Of a DNA stretch of 64,000 bases, positions 12,178-26,507 are shown piece by piece; within the stretch, counting starts at the first letter, position 1; each line of letters starts with the position of its first letter. The position numbers and the translations under genes were made by a program. The notes beneath the pieces are model-generated. The model did not search any database. It was not told the origin of the DNA and saw nothing but the letters and a program-made list of their open reading frames with translations. The stretch spans positions 76,076,001 to 76,140,000 of the forward strand of contig CM052817.1 of assembly GCA_028534125.1 (NCBI GenBank), written 5' to 3'. Source of the DNA: Lama glama (taxonomy: Eukaryota).

Positions 12178-14074
12178 AGAAATGTCAATGAATAACCATA
12201 CCCACAGGATGAGATGACGTCGCTGCATATGCCACACTGAAAGTGCTGAGCCTGGGTACGTGGGTCTTTTTCAAAGATAAGAAAATTGAAAACTACCCTG
12301 CGCTAAATCAGATAACCTGTGCCCTTGCCTAGTACACTGCCTGTCAGGGATACAGTCCACTCACCAACATACGGCGACACGATACAGAACACATTGGTCT
12401 GTCAGTGTTTTGCCTTCCTTCCTAAAGATTATATAGAAAAGCATGAATCATCTGACAGGGTTGAGAAGTCACATTTATAGTGTTGTTATTTTGATTGGTA
12501 CAGCAATGCTACTGGGTATAATTTCTCTTTATCATTCTATTCATTTGTATTCTTAAAACATAGTACAGAATCTCCAAAATATTTTTAAAAATCATAGTAA
12601 TATGAATGTAACAAAATTTTTTTCACTTCTGTATAAAAATTATAGTAACAAATTTATCCAGTCACATACGTGTCATATAACAGTATTATCCAGATATATG
12701 AAGATAAATATAATTACTAATAATACTGCAATTAAATTCGGTAACTTCACAATATGTACTAAAACCATCTTACCTAATAAGTAATAAATGCTTCAATTAT
12801 CATCTTTAAAAGCTGTTTAAAATTAAATGTAAAATTTATAGATTTTTAAGTTTTAAAATAGAATGTAGAATATAAGCATCTGGGAGGACTGACTCTTCAA
12901 ATTCAAAGTGATTTTAAACAATTTTTTTTTGCTTTTACAGGATATATAACTCACACTTAATCAGACATAGAGATGTCTTCTGTTTTTTTTCCAAATGAAA
13001 GAATGGTTAATTAGAAAGCAAAGGGAAAGGCATTCACGTATTTCAAGACCGTGACTTGATCAATTCCTTACTACTTCTTGTACTTTTGCTCTTTCTTCCT
13101 GACTCATCTTTCAGGTTTTCAAGTCCTCTTCCTGGTAACAATACCCTGTGCCAGCAAGAACCCTTGAAATGTCCGACTCCTGCAGTGTGTCTCAGTGGTT
13201 AGAGGTGGTGCAATTACATTTACATCTGCAAATGGGCAGAAAGTTTGGTGGGTTTTAATGCAGGTCAACATCATACTTTTGGGAAGACTTTATTTTGATG
13301 AAAATTGAATCATAATCATATCTTCCAAAAACCCAGCAAACAGTGTTTAATATGCTTACAAATAATAAAATGCAGGTGTTTTAAGAAAGTTATGATTTGG
13401 AATCTAGATTTATTCATAGTGTTTGTTGCAGATTTTTCCTACTGGAATCACAGACTTATTAGTAATATTGATAAGGCTGCTTATTCTAATGGTGTAGACC
13501 TTAATTATTTCCTCTGATTCCTGGGCATAGCTTGGCTTCCACCCGCCTTTTTTTTTCATCTTTTTTCTGCTTCATCAAGGCCTGAGTTATTGACTATTTT
13601 TCTTTCTTATGAGAACAGATACTACTTTGGCAGGGGAAAGGGAACAAGGGAATTTCATTTTGTTCTTTAGTGACTTGGAAAAAAATGAGAAAGAGCACAT
13701 ATTAGAACAACAGCCAAAATATTATGTATCATTTCTGGTGTCCTGAAGGCAACAATTTGGTAAATACAGAGCAAAACTAAGAAAATGTAGGCCTCATCAA
13801 GTGATGAGTGAGAAGAACTTGACAGCAAAACTCAACCAAAGCCTTCTCCTAATTAGCCATTTATTCACAGAGTCTACATTACAGACAACAAACAGATTTT
13901 CTGGTTTCCTAACAAATTGAAAGCAAGTAACCTTCACTTTCCTTTATTTGCTTTTCTCTAATATTTTTCTACTAGATAGCACTAAGGTTAGATTTGATCT
14001 GGCTGACAGTTGCAATATAGATCAAGATTCGTACAGATTGTTTAATTCTGAGACTACTGTGTTTTTTCCCTCCT

Positions 14075-14300
14075 GTTTAAGGAGGTATAAGGCACAATAC
14101 AATAAAAGTCACTGTTTTAAAGGCTTTCGTATACTCACAAAGTTGTACAACCATCACTACCCTCTGATACAGAAAAATATCAACCCCCCCCCCAAAAATA
14201 CCTTGTACCTATTAACAGTAACTCTCCGTTTTTGCCTCCAGGAAACATTCTTGCCCTAACCCCTGGAAACTACTAATCTACTTTCTGTCCACTGAATTTA
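14075..14300 (-). mobile_element. Old L1M (L1MB-like) 3'-end fragment
   Basis: tatactcacaaagttgtacaaccatcacta..cccctggaaactactaatctactttctgtc is a reverse L1M 3'UTR. Confidence 0.75.
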
Positions 14301-15319
14301 CTTGGGAATGTTTAAAATACATGTTATTAGATACTGATGTCTAGATTATAGGATTAGATTCATGTAAGTTTATAGGAGATGCATGATTTTTGCAGTAGAG
14401 TTACTAAACACTCCATTGGAAAATGAACAAAAGATGGTCAGGATCTAACCCTTTCACTATAGCTCTATGGAGGAAAAGCACGTGTCTTTTAACTGAAGAC
14501 CTCAGGAACGTACAATGATGAGTCTGTGGTCTTACGCCGAATAAATATATTTTTCATTTGAACAAATGGGACAATCAGCATGCTGAGAGGGCAAGAGAAC
14601 AAGTACAGTGGAGAAGAGATATATTTGATATGGCCAAAGGTTAATAGTTACGACACTGACTTTCCTGGGTGAGTTTTACACTATCAATTTTTTATATAAC
14701 GAAATAAAAGCAGGTAAGACAAAAATTTATAAGGATATGCAAAAGCTAAGTATTTGAAGGAGTTGAAGCTAAAGATACAAAGGAGATTGAAGAGCTGAAT
14801 TGTGGTTCTAGGTTGGGTATAGAAAGTACAAAGTAAGGTGCTTGTCAATAGTGTTGAAAATAATGAGATCAGAGGTCTGACTCCTTAGGGCGTATACATT
14901 TAGATGTAATGGAAATAAAGGAAAGATAATTTTTATAGTTAATATGGTTGACACATAATAATATGCTAGATTTTAAAGATGCTTCAAGTTGCATTTAAGG
15001 CTTGAATAAATCTGGGCTGAAGTGGAGTTCACATGAGATTCTTAAAAATTCAAGGCAAGTTCAGTCTAACAAACAAAAATGACTCAAATCTTGGAAATAA
15101 GCAAAAAGAGATTACTGATTTTCATGACATGCTGAGCTTAACTTTTTATTGTCTGAACCATGGAAACAATAATTGGGAAATTGCTTCTGTGGCCTGATTT
15201 TGGTGATTTCTGTCAGATGGTTCTATTCTCTACTGAGTGAGAAATGACAGAGAATCTGGTTTATTAGTTTTTTTTTTATTTGTTTTGCTTATCTATTAGT
15301 GAGAGTCAGTTATGTTATA

Positions 15320-16813
15320 AAAGCTAAAATAATCAAAGCTGTATAATACTGGCACAAAAACAGACACAAAGATCAATGGAATAGAAAATAGAGCCCAGAA
15401 ATAAGCCCACAAACTTATTATGACTTATTATGGTCAATTAATCTACAACAAAGGAAGCAAGAATATACAATGGAGAAAAGATAGTCACTTCAATAAGTGG
15501 TGCTGGAAAAACTGGGCAGCTACCTGTAAAACAATGAAATTAGAACATTCTCTAACACCATATAAAATAAAAGCAAAATGGACTAAAGACCTAAATGTAA
15601 GACTAGACACCATAAAACTCCTAGAGGAAAACAAACATAGGTTGAACACCCTTTGACATAAATCATACGAATATGGGGTTTTGTTTTGGATCTCATAAAG
15701 CAAAGAAAAGCAAAGCAAAAATAAACAAATGGGATCTAATTAAGCTTAAAAAGCTTTTGCTCAGCAAAGGAAACCATTCACAAAATGAAAGGACAACCTA
15801 CTGAATGGGAGAAAATATTTGCAAATGATATGACTGATAATGGGTTAATCCCCAACATACATAAATAGCTCATACAACTCAACATCCAAAAAACCAACCA
15901 AACAAAACCCAACCTGATTAAAAAATGAGAAGACCTGAATAGATATTTTTCCAAAGAGAACATGCAGATAACCAACAGGTACACAAAAAGATGCTCAACG
16001 TCACTAATCATCATGCAAATCAAAACCACAATGAGGTATTACCTCACATCTGTCAGAATAGCTATCATCAAAAAGAATACAAATAACAAATGTTGGTGAG
16101 GATGTGGAAGAAAGGGGCTTTCGTACACTGTTGGTGGGAATGTAAACTGGTGCAGCCACTATGAAAAATAGTATGGAGCTTTCTCAAAAAACTAAAAATA
16201 GAACTACCTTATGACCCAGCAATGCTACTTCTGGGTGTGCATCCAGAGGGAACCTTAATTCAAAAAGATACATGCACCCCAATGTTCATAGCTGCATCAT
16301 TTACATTGGCAAAATATGGAAGCACTTAAGTGTCCTTCAACAGATGAATGGATAAAGAAGACGGGACTGTGTATACAGTGGAATGGTACTCAGTCACAAA
16401 GATAAATTTTGTCACGTGCTACAATATGGATGAACTAGGGGTGTATTATGCTAAGTGAAATGAGTCAGACAGGGCAAGATAAATGCTGAGTGGTATCACT
16501 TATTGTGTGGAATCCAAAACCTACAAAACACTAGTGAATATAACAAAAATGAACCAGACTCACATATACAGAGAACAAGCTAGTGGTTACCAGTGGGGAG
16601 AAGCAATGTAGGGGTAATGGATTAGAAGTCCAAACTATTATGTATAAAAGAAGCTACAAGGATATACTGTAAAACACAGTGGATGTAGTCAATATTTTAT
16701 ATAACTATAAATGGAGTATAACCTTTATTGTGAATCACTGTATTGTACACCTGCAACTTATATAAAATTCTATCTCAACTATACTTCAATTAAAATAAGT
16801 AAAAGGGAAAAAA
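15320..16813 (+). mobile_element. 5'-truncated L1 (ORF2 C-terminus, 3'UTR, A-rich tail)
   Basis: [29 protein letters not shown]; ends tatacttcaattaaaa. Confidence 0.95.
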
Positions 16814-16899
16814 ATCATCCACACTAGAATAGCTCTTTAATATCTGAACTTATGGAATTCTTTTGATCATGGCTAGAGTTGTAGAAGTAAAGCTACAGG

Positions 16900-18250
16900 T
16901 CCTCCAAGTGTGTGTCTGTAATTCAGAAAAGCCTTGACCTCTCATGTTCCTAGAGTGAAATGCTTTCTTGCCCCTATAAAACATTAAAAAATTAGAGTAT
17001 AAAGTTTCTTAAATTAAGGGAGCTCAGTTCTGAGTGGGATACACTGATAACTCACTGCCTGAGTAACATAACATCCCACAAATTTAAAGAACATAAAAAA
17101 ACCAAACTTCTGATACTTTAAAATTGCTAAAATTTCTTCTATGGACTTCTTAGAAAATTTTTAAATATCTAAGTTTATATATTTAAAGTGAATCTTTGAA
17201 CAAATCAGATTTGATAGATTTGATTCAACAAAGAAAAGCTATATAAAAGTGAATATTGAAGTATTGATAATTAAACCAAATTTTAAGTATATATACCATT
17301 ACTTCTTTTAAAAAAAGTGCTGTGGAGTGGCTGTATCTTTTGGTTATTTTATGTATTTATTTTACCATTTTAAGATATAAATAGGATGTATGCTGTTGCT
17401 GAAAATTGTGTTATATGATTTTATGAGCTTTGTTCATCTGCTAAATGTCTGTGTGTGAAAGTTCTCAACTATTTACTTGTACTTTTTATGAAATAAAAGC
17501 CACTTTAGTTAAAAGTTGAAATTGATATGGGTTTTTGAGGCTATGTTGAAGCTATGTTGGAGCAAGACTGACAGAAAATACAAACTGTATGTGCAAAGTA
17601 ACAGAAAGGGTTTGGTTTTTCAAAATAGGTTGGCAAGTATTGCTTCTCAGGCACCCATAATACCGTCTTAAACAAATGCCCAGCTTCCCTTTGACAACTC
17701 TTGATTCTTGATTCTGCCTTCTCATAATCAAGTCCTAAACTTATAAGAAATAAAATAAAAACCTCAGGGATTTTTCATGCTTAAGATGTCTTAAAATTTC
17801 TCAGAGGGCGCTAGAAAAATCATGGAGATTTGATATTTATTAAGACAGAGATGTAGAAATAACTGTTTGGTAGCTCTTTATTTCTTAAATTTCAACATGA
17901 TAGATAAAGTGCTATTATTGTAATCAAATATTTCAGAAATTTTTCATTTTATGATAAGGCCCTGAAAATTTTCCAGTGCCTTTGATGTCCATGATATGTT
18001 TTTGTCCTCAAAAAAAAACAATGATCAATCTCTTATCAAATGGTTATGTACTATACCCCAATAGAGAATTTTACCCTTTCTACTCTGATACTACTGTTTA
18101 CTGTAATAAATAATCCACAGTCAATATTGCCAGTGGTGAAGGGGAATTCTCTAGTCATGGACATGAACATGTTTTTAAAATCTCATCTTTCCATCATCTG
18201 TCTTTCTGGACAGAAATTATTTACAAGACTGGTAGAATTTTAAAAATATC
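16900..18250. mobile_element. Possible degenerate ERV1/MER4-group internal sequence
   Basis: Only a compositional and motif resemblance to the AT-rich non-coding internal regions of MER4-group elements; no gag/pol/env seen. Confidence 0.25.
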
Positions 18251-18427
18251 TATGTAAACTTATTTCAGTTAATTAACATTACATTCACTTTACAAATACT
18301 ACTTTAGAGAAGTCATCATTAACGTGTTGGTTAGATTTGGAAACTACTACTCTTTTAATCTATGTTATGTTACATATATATGAAAACTTCAGTTATATTC
18401 TTAGATTATTGATTTGCCAAAAAAAAA

Positions 18428-18927
18428 NNNNNNNNNNNNNNNNNNNNNNNNNNNNNNNNNNNNNNNNNNNNNNNNNNNNNNNNNNNNNNNNNNNNNNNNN
18501 NNNNNNNNNNNNNNNNNNNNNNNNNNNNNNNNNNNNNNNNNNNNNNNNNNNNNNNNNNNNNNNNNNNNNNNNNNNNNNNNNNNNNNNNNNNNNNNNNNNN
18601 NNNNNNNNNNNNNNNNNNNNNNNNNNNNNNNNNNNNNNNNNNNNNNNNNNNNNNNNNNNNNNNNNNNNNNNNNNNNNNNNNNNNNNNNNNNNNNNNNNNN
18701 NNNNNNNNNNNNNNNNNNNNNNNNNNNNNNNNNNNNNNNNNNNNNNNNNNNNNNNNNNNNNNNNNNNNNNNNNNNNNNNNNNNNNNNNNNNNNNNNNNNN
18801 NNNNNNNNNNNNNNNNNNNNNNNNNNNNNNNNNNNNNNNNNNNNNNNNNNNNNNNNNNNNNNNNNNNNNNNNNNNNNNNNNNNNNNNNNNNNNNNNNNNN
18901 NNNNNNNNNNNNNNNNNNNNNNNNNNN
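18428..18927. other. Assembly gap (500 N)
   Basis: N run. Confidence 1.
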
Positions 18928-18989
18928 ATTTTCTTGTCTCAGAAAAAATTGGTATCTATTGTACTTAGTGCCAGTAATGTTATGATCAG

Positions 18990-19350
18990 AATATCTTTAG
19001 TCATATTGGCAACAGCATAAAAGCCAAGTGTAATGGGTTGAGAAGTATCAGAATAGGAAATAGATAAGTAAATAGAATTTAGACAAGGTAGATGTTTAGC
19101 AGTGGGAAAAAAAACATGGTGAGTGAAAGGCCATGGGTAGCTAAAATATTTAGGTTTTTGTTGTTGTTGTTGTTATTTTTGGTGTGTGTGTTAGATTCTT
19201 TCCATACTAGAAATACTTATGTTTATATTTTGATGGGAGGAATCCAAGTATGGTAGAATTGAAGTTAATAAGAAAGCAATGATAATCAATATGTGTAGGT
19301 CAATGATACAGGGTTATGAGGTAATGAGTTAGAGAAAATTATAACTGAAG
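18990..19350 (-). mobile_element. L2 fragment
   Basis: aagccaagtgtaatgggttgagaag..tttatattttgatgggaggaatcca resembles reverse L2. Confidence 0.45.
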
Positions 19351-19499
19351 AGAAGATAATTACCTGAAAAGTAGCATCCACTGTTAAGCCTCCCTTAATT
19401 CCTCAAATGAGAATCTTTTCTACCTTTAGTACACTCTCATATGTTGTTTATTAATGATCATATTCATTATAAATGGATTTACTCCCCTTATACTAAGGA

Positions 19500-19730
19500 C
19501 AAAATAAAAAACATCTCATAATAAAGGTCTAAAATCACTACTGCACAAGCTGAAGTAAAACAGCAAATAATATAAATGCCTGCTTGAACAAAAACTGAAT
19601 CTGCCCTGAGGAAGTTCACAGAATTAAGAATATCTACAACATATCATCCACAATGTTCAGTACATAATGTTTTAAATATGCAAGAAATGTGAAGAAACAG
19701 AAAATGTGACCCAAAGTCAATTTAAAAGTG
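19500..19730 (+). mobile_element. Ancient L1M fragment from the region upstream of ORF1
   Basis: gaagaaacagaaaatgtgaccca motif typical of old L1M ORF1 starts. Confidence 0.45.
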
Positions 19731-19849
19731 GGTGATGGTTATGACTAGGGATTTTGGTTGGCAAACAACCAACCAAAACAAACAAAAAGCTTTGGATGCT
19801 TACCCTTGGATCTCAGCCATCATGCCAGAGGTGAAGATAGGAAATGTGG

Positions 19850-22800
19850 AGAAGTGTCATCAGCATCATGGAACCATGAACCTTTCCTTTTTTCCTCTTC
19901 GATTTACAACTAGCTAGACATCCATACCAAACAAAAGTGCTTCAACACATTATACCAGGTAATCTGGGAGATTTCTACCCACCTGTGCATCTGAGGGTGG
20001 GTGGATAAGATCTCAGAGAGGGCTGTGATCCAAGAGAGTCAATTAACCAGCCCCACCCCTACTTGCTGCAATCAGGAAAAAGGGAACTTGGAGAGTGCAC
20101 AACAGGGTGGTGGGCGGCCACAGGAGATAATCTGTGGAGGTCCAGTATGCCTGCTGGGAGAATCCAGACACCAGGGAAGTGGGATAGAGATGAGTTTAGA
20201 GGCAGAGGGCAGGGAGGAACACACCAAGGTGGCTTCCCTCCCAAGGGAGATACTGCCAAGTGCTTAGTTTGTGGTGGCTGCAGTGGCTATGTTTCCGGCA
20301 GCGGAGGAGGAAAGTAGAAATGGCAAGTGACAGGCTGCCTGGCTGTGTGGACATCAGTTGGAGACACCTGTTTCTTTTTCTTTTTCTTTTTCTTTTTTTA
20401 GCAGCACTCTTGTTTCTGAGGAGGGAGATCAATGATTAGGGCGAGGGAGAGGAAAGAGAAGGAGGCAGACGGGAATATCAAAGGGCACTGAAGAAACACA
20501 TTTCCTGTTCTTGCTTTGGGATGTCAGCAGTGGGTCTCCCCATGGAGCTCTGGGAACCCCCACTCCAGGAGCCCCCTGTCAGGCCCATAAGCACACAGAA
20601 AGCTCCAGGTGTTAAGCCTACACGCCCCTCCACTCCGCTGCCAGTTCCCCGTGCTCACTCCTGAGCGAAGCCACGAGAGCCAGCCCCACAGAGGAAACCA
20701 AAAACCAGGGCTGTAGCACCACCTTCTGGAGTACAAAAAAAAGGTTTCCAATTGCCAGCCTGTTGAGCTTTAAGACCTAAAGAAAACAAATCCTTAACTA
20801 AACCGTGGAAGGTGTCCACTATTTCAAATATAAAAGCAGAAGAGTATATTGGCAAATGCTATGAAAATACAAGGAAATGTGATATCACAAAAATAAAATG
20901 ATAATTTTCAGGCAAACAAACTGAAAGGCATGGAATATTGTGATCTAACTAGTAAAGATTTCAAAATAACTGTTATGAAGAAGTTAATTTAGCTAGAAGA
21001 AAACTCAAAAAGGCAATTAAATGCACTCAGGAATAAAATTAATGAACATAAGTAGTTCTTTGCCAAACATTGAAATTATAAAAAGAGTCAAATAGAAATT
21101 CTATAGCTGAAGATTTCAATGAATGAGATTAAGAATGCATTCAAGAAATAAAGAAATAGGGCAGATCAAATGGAAGAATAAAAGATTTAGGATAGGAATT
21201 TAGAAAAGATTCAGTTACAAGAAGAGAGAGAACTAAGATATTTTAAAAATCAAGAAACCATATGAGAGCAATCAGAATCAATCAGAAAGGCAAATATAAG
21301 AATAATGTGCATACCAGAAGGAGGAGAAAGAGCGATGGGGCCAGAAAGTTTATTTAAAGAAATAATGGCTGAGAACTTCCCAATACTGGGAAAAGAACTG
21401 GACATACAAGTCTATGAATCTATTAGGACACTCAGTTATCTCAATGCAAAACAATCTTGTTGAAGACACATTATAAAAAAAACTGTCAAAGATCAATCAT
21501 AAAGAATCTTAAAGGTGACCAGGGGAAAAAAGAAAGTAACTTACAAAGAAATCTCCATTAGCCTATCAGCAGATTTCTCAGCAGAAACTCAATAAGCCAG
21601 AAGAGAATGGGATTACATACTTAAAATGTTAAAAGATTAAAAACAGCCTGCTAAGAATGTTTTGTCTGGCAAAGTTATCCTTCAGGCATGAAGGAGAAAT
21701 AAAGGCTTTCTCAGATAAACAAAAGCTGAGGGAGTTCATCACCAGACTGCCTTGCAAGAAATGCTGAAAGGAGTTCTTCAAGCTGAAATGAAAAGATGCT
21801 GTAGTACATAAAGCATGAAAGTACACAACACTGTAGTAAATGCAAAAAATAGACATTCAGAATTTAAAAACTGTAACTCTGTGTTAGAATGTTAATTAGA
21901 GTATCAAGGTTAAAGAAAAAAGCATTAAAACTATAGCTACCATACTTGTTAACAAATTCATAGCATAAAAAGAGCTAAATTGTGACATTAAAATATAAAA
22001 GAGGAGTAAAAAGGGTGTAACTTTTCTAGGTAAATAAAGAGAAGTTGCTATCAGAATAAAATGGACTATATTGTTTATGAGATGTTTTATGTAAGTCTTA
22101 ACGGTAATCACAAAGCAAAAATCTAGAGTAAATTTACAAAACATAAAAAAGAGAGAAATTGATTATATCGCCATAGAAAACCACCAATGTATGAAGGTAG
22201 ATAGGAACAGAGGGAAAAATAATAGGGATAGAAAAGAAACAAAAGGCAAATGATAAGACAGCAATAGTAAGTCCTTACGTATCCATAATAACTCTGAATG
22301 TAAATGAACAGAATTCACCAATCAAAAGACTGGAAGGAGCATATAGATTAAAAAAATAAGATTCAACTATATGCTGCTTCTAGGATACTAATTTTAGCTC
22401 TAAGACACACATAGGCTCAGAGCAAAGAAATGGAAAAAGAAGCCAAAAGAAAGCGTGGACATCCATACTTACCTCAGACAAAATAGACTTCAAGCCAAAA
22501 ACAGTGATGAGAAACAAAGAAGATTGTTACATAACAATAAATACATCAAGAAGATACAACAGTCATAAATATATATATGCCCCAATATCAAAGCACCAAA
22601 ATATATTAAGCTAATACTAACAGATCTAAAGGGAGAAATAGACACCAATAAAATAGTAGTAGGGGAGTTCAATAATCTACTATTAGCAATGGGTAGATCA
22701 TCCAGACAGAAAATCAACAAGGAAACAATGGAATTGAACTACACTTTAGAACAAATGGACTTAACATATATTGAATATTTAATTCAACAGCAGCAGCATA

Positions 22801-23235
22801 CACATTCTTCTCAAGTGCACATAGACCATTCTCTAGGATAGAACATATGATGGAATGCAAAACAAGTCTTAGCAAAGTTAAGGAGACTGAAGTCATACCA
22901 ACTGTCTTTTCTGACCACAATGGTATGAAACTAGAAATCAATGACACGAGGAAAGGTGGAACATCTACAAATAGGTGGCAACTGGACAACACGCTTCTGA
23001 ACATCCAAGGGGTCAAAGAAATTAAAAGAGCAGTAAAATTATCTCAAAACAAATTAAAGTAGAAATACAACATATCAAAATTTATAAAATGCAACAAAAG
23101 CAGTTCTGAGAAGAAAATTTACAGCTATATATATATATTAAGAATTAGAAAGATAGCAAATAAACACCTCCAAGAACTAGAAAAAGAAGAAAAATTAAGC
23201 CCAAAGTTAGCAAAAGGAAGGAATAACAAAATTCA
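19850..23235 (+). mobile_element. 3'-truncated L1: GC-rich 5'UTR, decayed ORF1, inter-ORF region and ORF2 endonuclease
   Basis: 5'UTR ~19850-20850. ORF1 motifs (aataatggctgagaacttccca, gcagatttctcagcagaaac, ggagttcatcacc). EN motifs (TLNVN, VGEFN, FSDHNGMKLEIN in ORF 22847-23062). Many stops and frameshifts. Confidence 0.93.
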
Positions 23236-23289
23236 AATTCCTGTTCTTAAATTATCTTGTGTTTTGAGCAACTCCTACGTACTTAATTA

Positions 23290-23582
23290 TGCCTTATGAC
23301 ACCACAATGGTGTATACTTAATCACCATTCATACAATTGTATATACCATACAAATGCATTGTCAAAACCTATTGAACATACAATGAGAGTGACCCTTAAT
23401 GTAAACTATGGACTTTAATTAATAATGCATCAATATTGGTTTATTAAATGTAACTAGTGGACTAAAGAAAGCTATTAATAATAACTGAGGAACTGTGTGT
23501 GCACATAAATTCTGTACCACATGCTCAAAATTTCTGTAAGTCTAAAATTCTCCTAAAAATAAAGCCCATTGATTAAAAAATA
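23290..23582 (+). mobile_element. L1MC-like 3' end
   Basis: agagtgacccttaatgtaaactatggacttt..ttctgtaagtctaaaattctcctaaaaataaag. Confidence 0.75.
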
Positions 23583-24466
23583 ATGCTACACTCATTGCTT
23601 AGGCACAACTTGTAAATATAAATACTATTTTCTCACCAATTTTTTTCTGAGAGAAAATAAAACATTTTATAGGACATTAGAAATATTAATAAAGCATGCT
23701 GTATAAAATAAAGAAAAACATTTTTGACAAATTAGATTTTAAAAGGCCTTGAAATATTTAAATGCGGGAAATCTTTTTCACATATTAAATTTAATTTCAT
23801 TTAATATATTTTCAAATATCTCTTTAATTTAATATTCCCATCTGCTATATGCTCTTAAAATTACTAAAATAAGAAAACAGATTTTGTTTTCTAAAATATG
23901 ACACAGGTTTTCTTATTTAGCTGGCTAAGTACCCCCGGTAAGTACTTTAAATACTGCAATCAACGTAGAGTATAGCTAGCTAAATATAAAAACCTCAATT
24001 GGTAGAAAAGAAAATATATTTTCTTCATATGATATCCCTGAATTAGTTTCCAGATTATTTGTCAGACAATACATGATTATTCATAACATGTATGCAAAAA
24101 AGACGTGCTTTCTGGAAGAAGAAACAAGATGCTAGTTAAGAGAGAATTTCTACACTGTTTTTCAATTTTTGTTGATTTCACATAAATTCATTAGAAAAAT
24201 TATAGATATAGTTTATATAAATGCATCCATGATATAAAAGTGCAATAATCAAAATCTACTTCTCCCAGAAGATAATATGTTTTCTCAAAAGAAATTTATT
24301 TTCTAGTACTTAAAAATCATATTTTTTTAAAAAGTAGTTTAGTTATCATTATCATTGAATAACTGTGTTATTGCTTTAATATTTCCTCAAGGTACTGATT
24401 TTTTATAAAACCTTTGTACTGACCCTCCATCATTCCGTATACTACTATATTAAAATAGTAGGAGAA

Positions 24467-26507
24467 CATGTTACATTTTTCAATCTGTTTGTGTTGTCTT
24501 AAATGTCTTTCATTGGTGTCTTGCAGTTTTCCAAGTACAGATCTTCTACTAATTTTGGTAAATTTATTCCTAGGTATTTTATTCTTTTTAATGTTATGGT
24601 AAATAGAATTATTTCCTTAATTTCTCTTTTTAATGGTTTTTTCTTAGTGTATACAAATGCAGCAGATTTTTATATATGAATTTCATAGCCTGCAAATTTA
24701 CAGAATTTATTGATAAGCTCTAATAGTTTTCTGGAGGAATGTTTAGGATTTTCTATGTATACTATTATGTCATCTGGAAACAGTGACAGCATTACTTCTT
24801 CCATTCCAATTTGAATTTATTTTATTTGTTTTTCTTGTCTGATTGCTGTGGGTTAGGCTTCCAATACTGTGTTTTATGTTGAATTAAAGTGGTGAGAGTG
24901 CACTTCCATGTCCTGTCCCTGATCTTAGAAGAAATACTTTCAGCTTTTAACCACTGAGTGTGATGTTAGCTGTGGGTTTGTCATATGTGGCCTTTATTAT
25001 GTTGAGGTATGTTCCCTCTATGACCACTTTCTGGAAGAATTAAAATTGTTAAAATGATCATACTACCCAAGGCAATATACAGATTCAGTGCAAACCCAAT
25101 CAAAATGCCAATGGAATTTTTCACAGAACTAGAATAGATGATAATTATTATCAATCAATGACAAAGAAGGCAAAAATATACAATGGAGAAAAGATAATCA
25201 ATTCAGTAAGTGGTTGGGAAAAATGGACAGCTACATGTAAAAGAATGAAACTAGGGCATTCTCTAACACCATATACAAAAATAAACTCAAAATGGATTAA
25301 AAACTTAAATTTAAGACTAGAAACCATAAAACTTCTAAAGGAAAACATAGGCAGAACACTCTTTAATCCAAATCATAGTAATATCTATTTTTTGGCTGTC
25401 TCCTAAAGTAAAGGATATAAAAGTAAAAATAAACAAATGGGAACTAATTAAACTTAAAAGCTTTTGCACAGCAAAGGAAACCATCCACAAAATGAAAGGA
25501 CAACCCACCGAATGGGACAAAATATTTGCAAATGATACAGCCAATAATGGGTTAATCTCCAACATATATAAACAGCTCATAAAACTGAACATCAGAAAAA
25601 CAACCTGACTGAAAAATGGAAAGAAGACCTGTATAGACATTTTTTCCAAAGAAGACATGCATATGGCCAACAGGCACATAAAAAGATACTCAATGTCACT
25701 AATCATTGGGAAAATGCAAATCAAAACTACAATGAAATATCACCTCATGCCTGTCAGAATGGCTACCATCAGAAAGAAAATTTAAAAATGTTGATGAAGA
25801 TGTGGAGAAAAGGGAACCCTCATACACTGTTGGTGAAAATATAAATTGGTGGAGCCACTGTGGAAAACAGCATGGAGCTTTTTCAAAAAACTAAAAATAG
25901 AACTACTTTATGACCCAGCAATTCCACATCTGGGTATATACCAAAACCCCAAAATAACTAAGTCAAAAAGATACATGCACCCCAATGTTCATAGCAGCAT
26001 TATTTACAATTGCCAAGGTATGGAAGCAACCTAAGTGTCCATCAAGAGATGAACTGATAAAGAAGATGGAGTAGATGTAGAATGGAATACTACTTAACCA
26101 TAGAAATAAATTAAGTTTTGTCATTTGCAACAACGTGGATGGACTTATGCTAAGTGAAACAGGTCAGACAGAGAAAGACAAATACTATGACTTATATATG
26201 GCACCTAAAAAATACAACAAACTAGTGAATATAACAAAAAAGAAGCTAACTCATAGATACAGAGAATGAACTAGTGGTTATCAGTTGGAAAAGGGAAGTG
26301 GGGAGGCAGCATGGGGGCAGGGGATTAATAGGTACAAACAATTAGGTATAAAATAAGTTAAAAGGATATATTGTATAACACAGGGAATATAGCCAATATT
26401 TTATAATAACCTGTATTGAGCATAACCTGTATTGTGAATAACTGTATTATACACCTGTAACATAAAATTGTACATCAACTATACTTCAATTTTTTAAAAA
26501 AGATATG
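24467..26507 (+). mobile_element. L1 with 5' inversion (twin priming): inverted part 24467-~25033, sense part ~25032-26507
   Basis: A reverse-complement ORF2 segment abuts the sense ORF2 that continues from the adjacent consensus position. TSD aaa(a/g)tagtaggagaa at 24452-24466 and 26508-26522. Confidence 0.93.

Noticed and set aside
18337..19020. Long ORFs spanning the first gap
   Set aside because: Artefacts of N runs; the same applies to 42183-42776.
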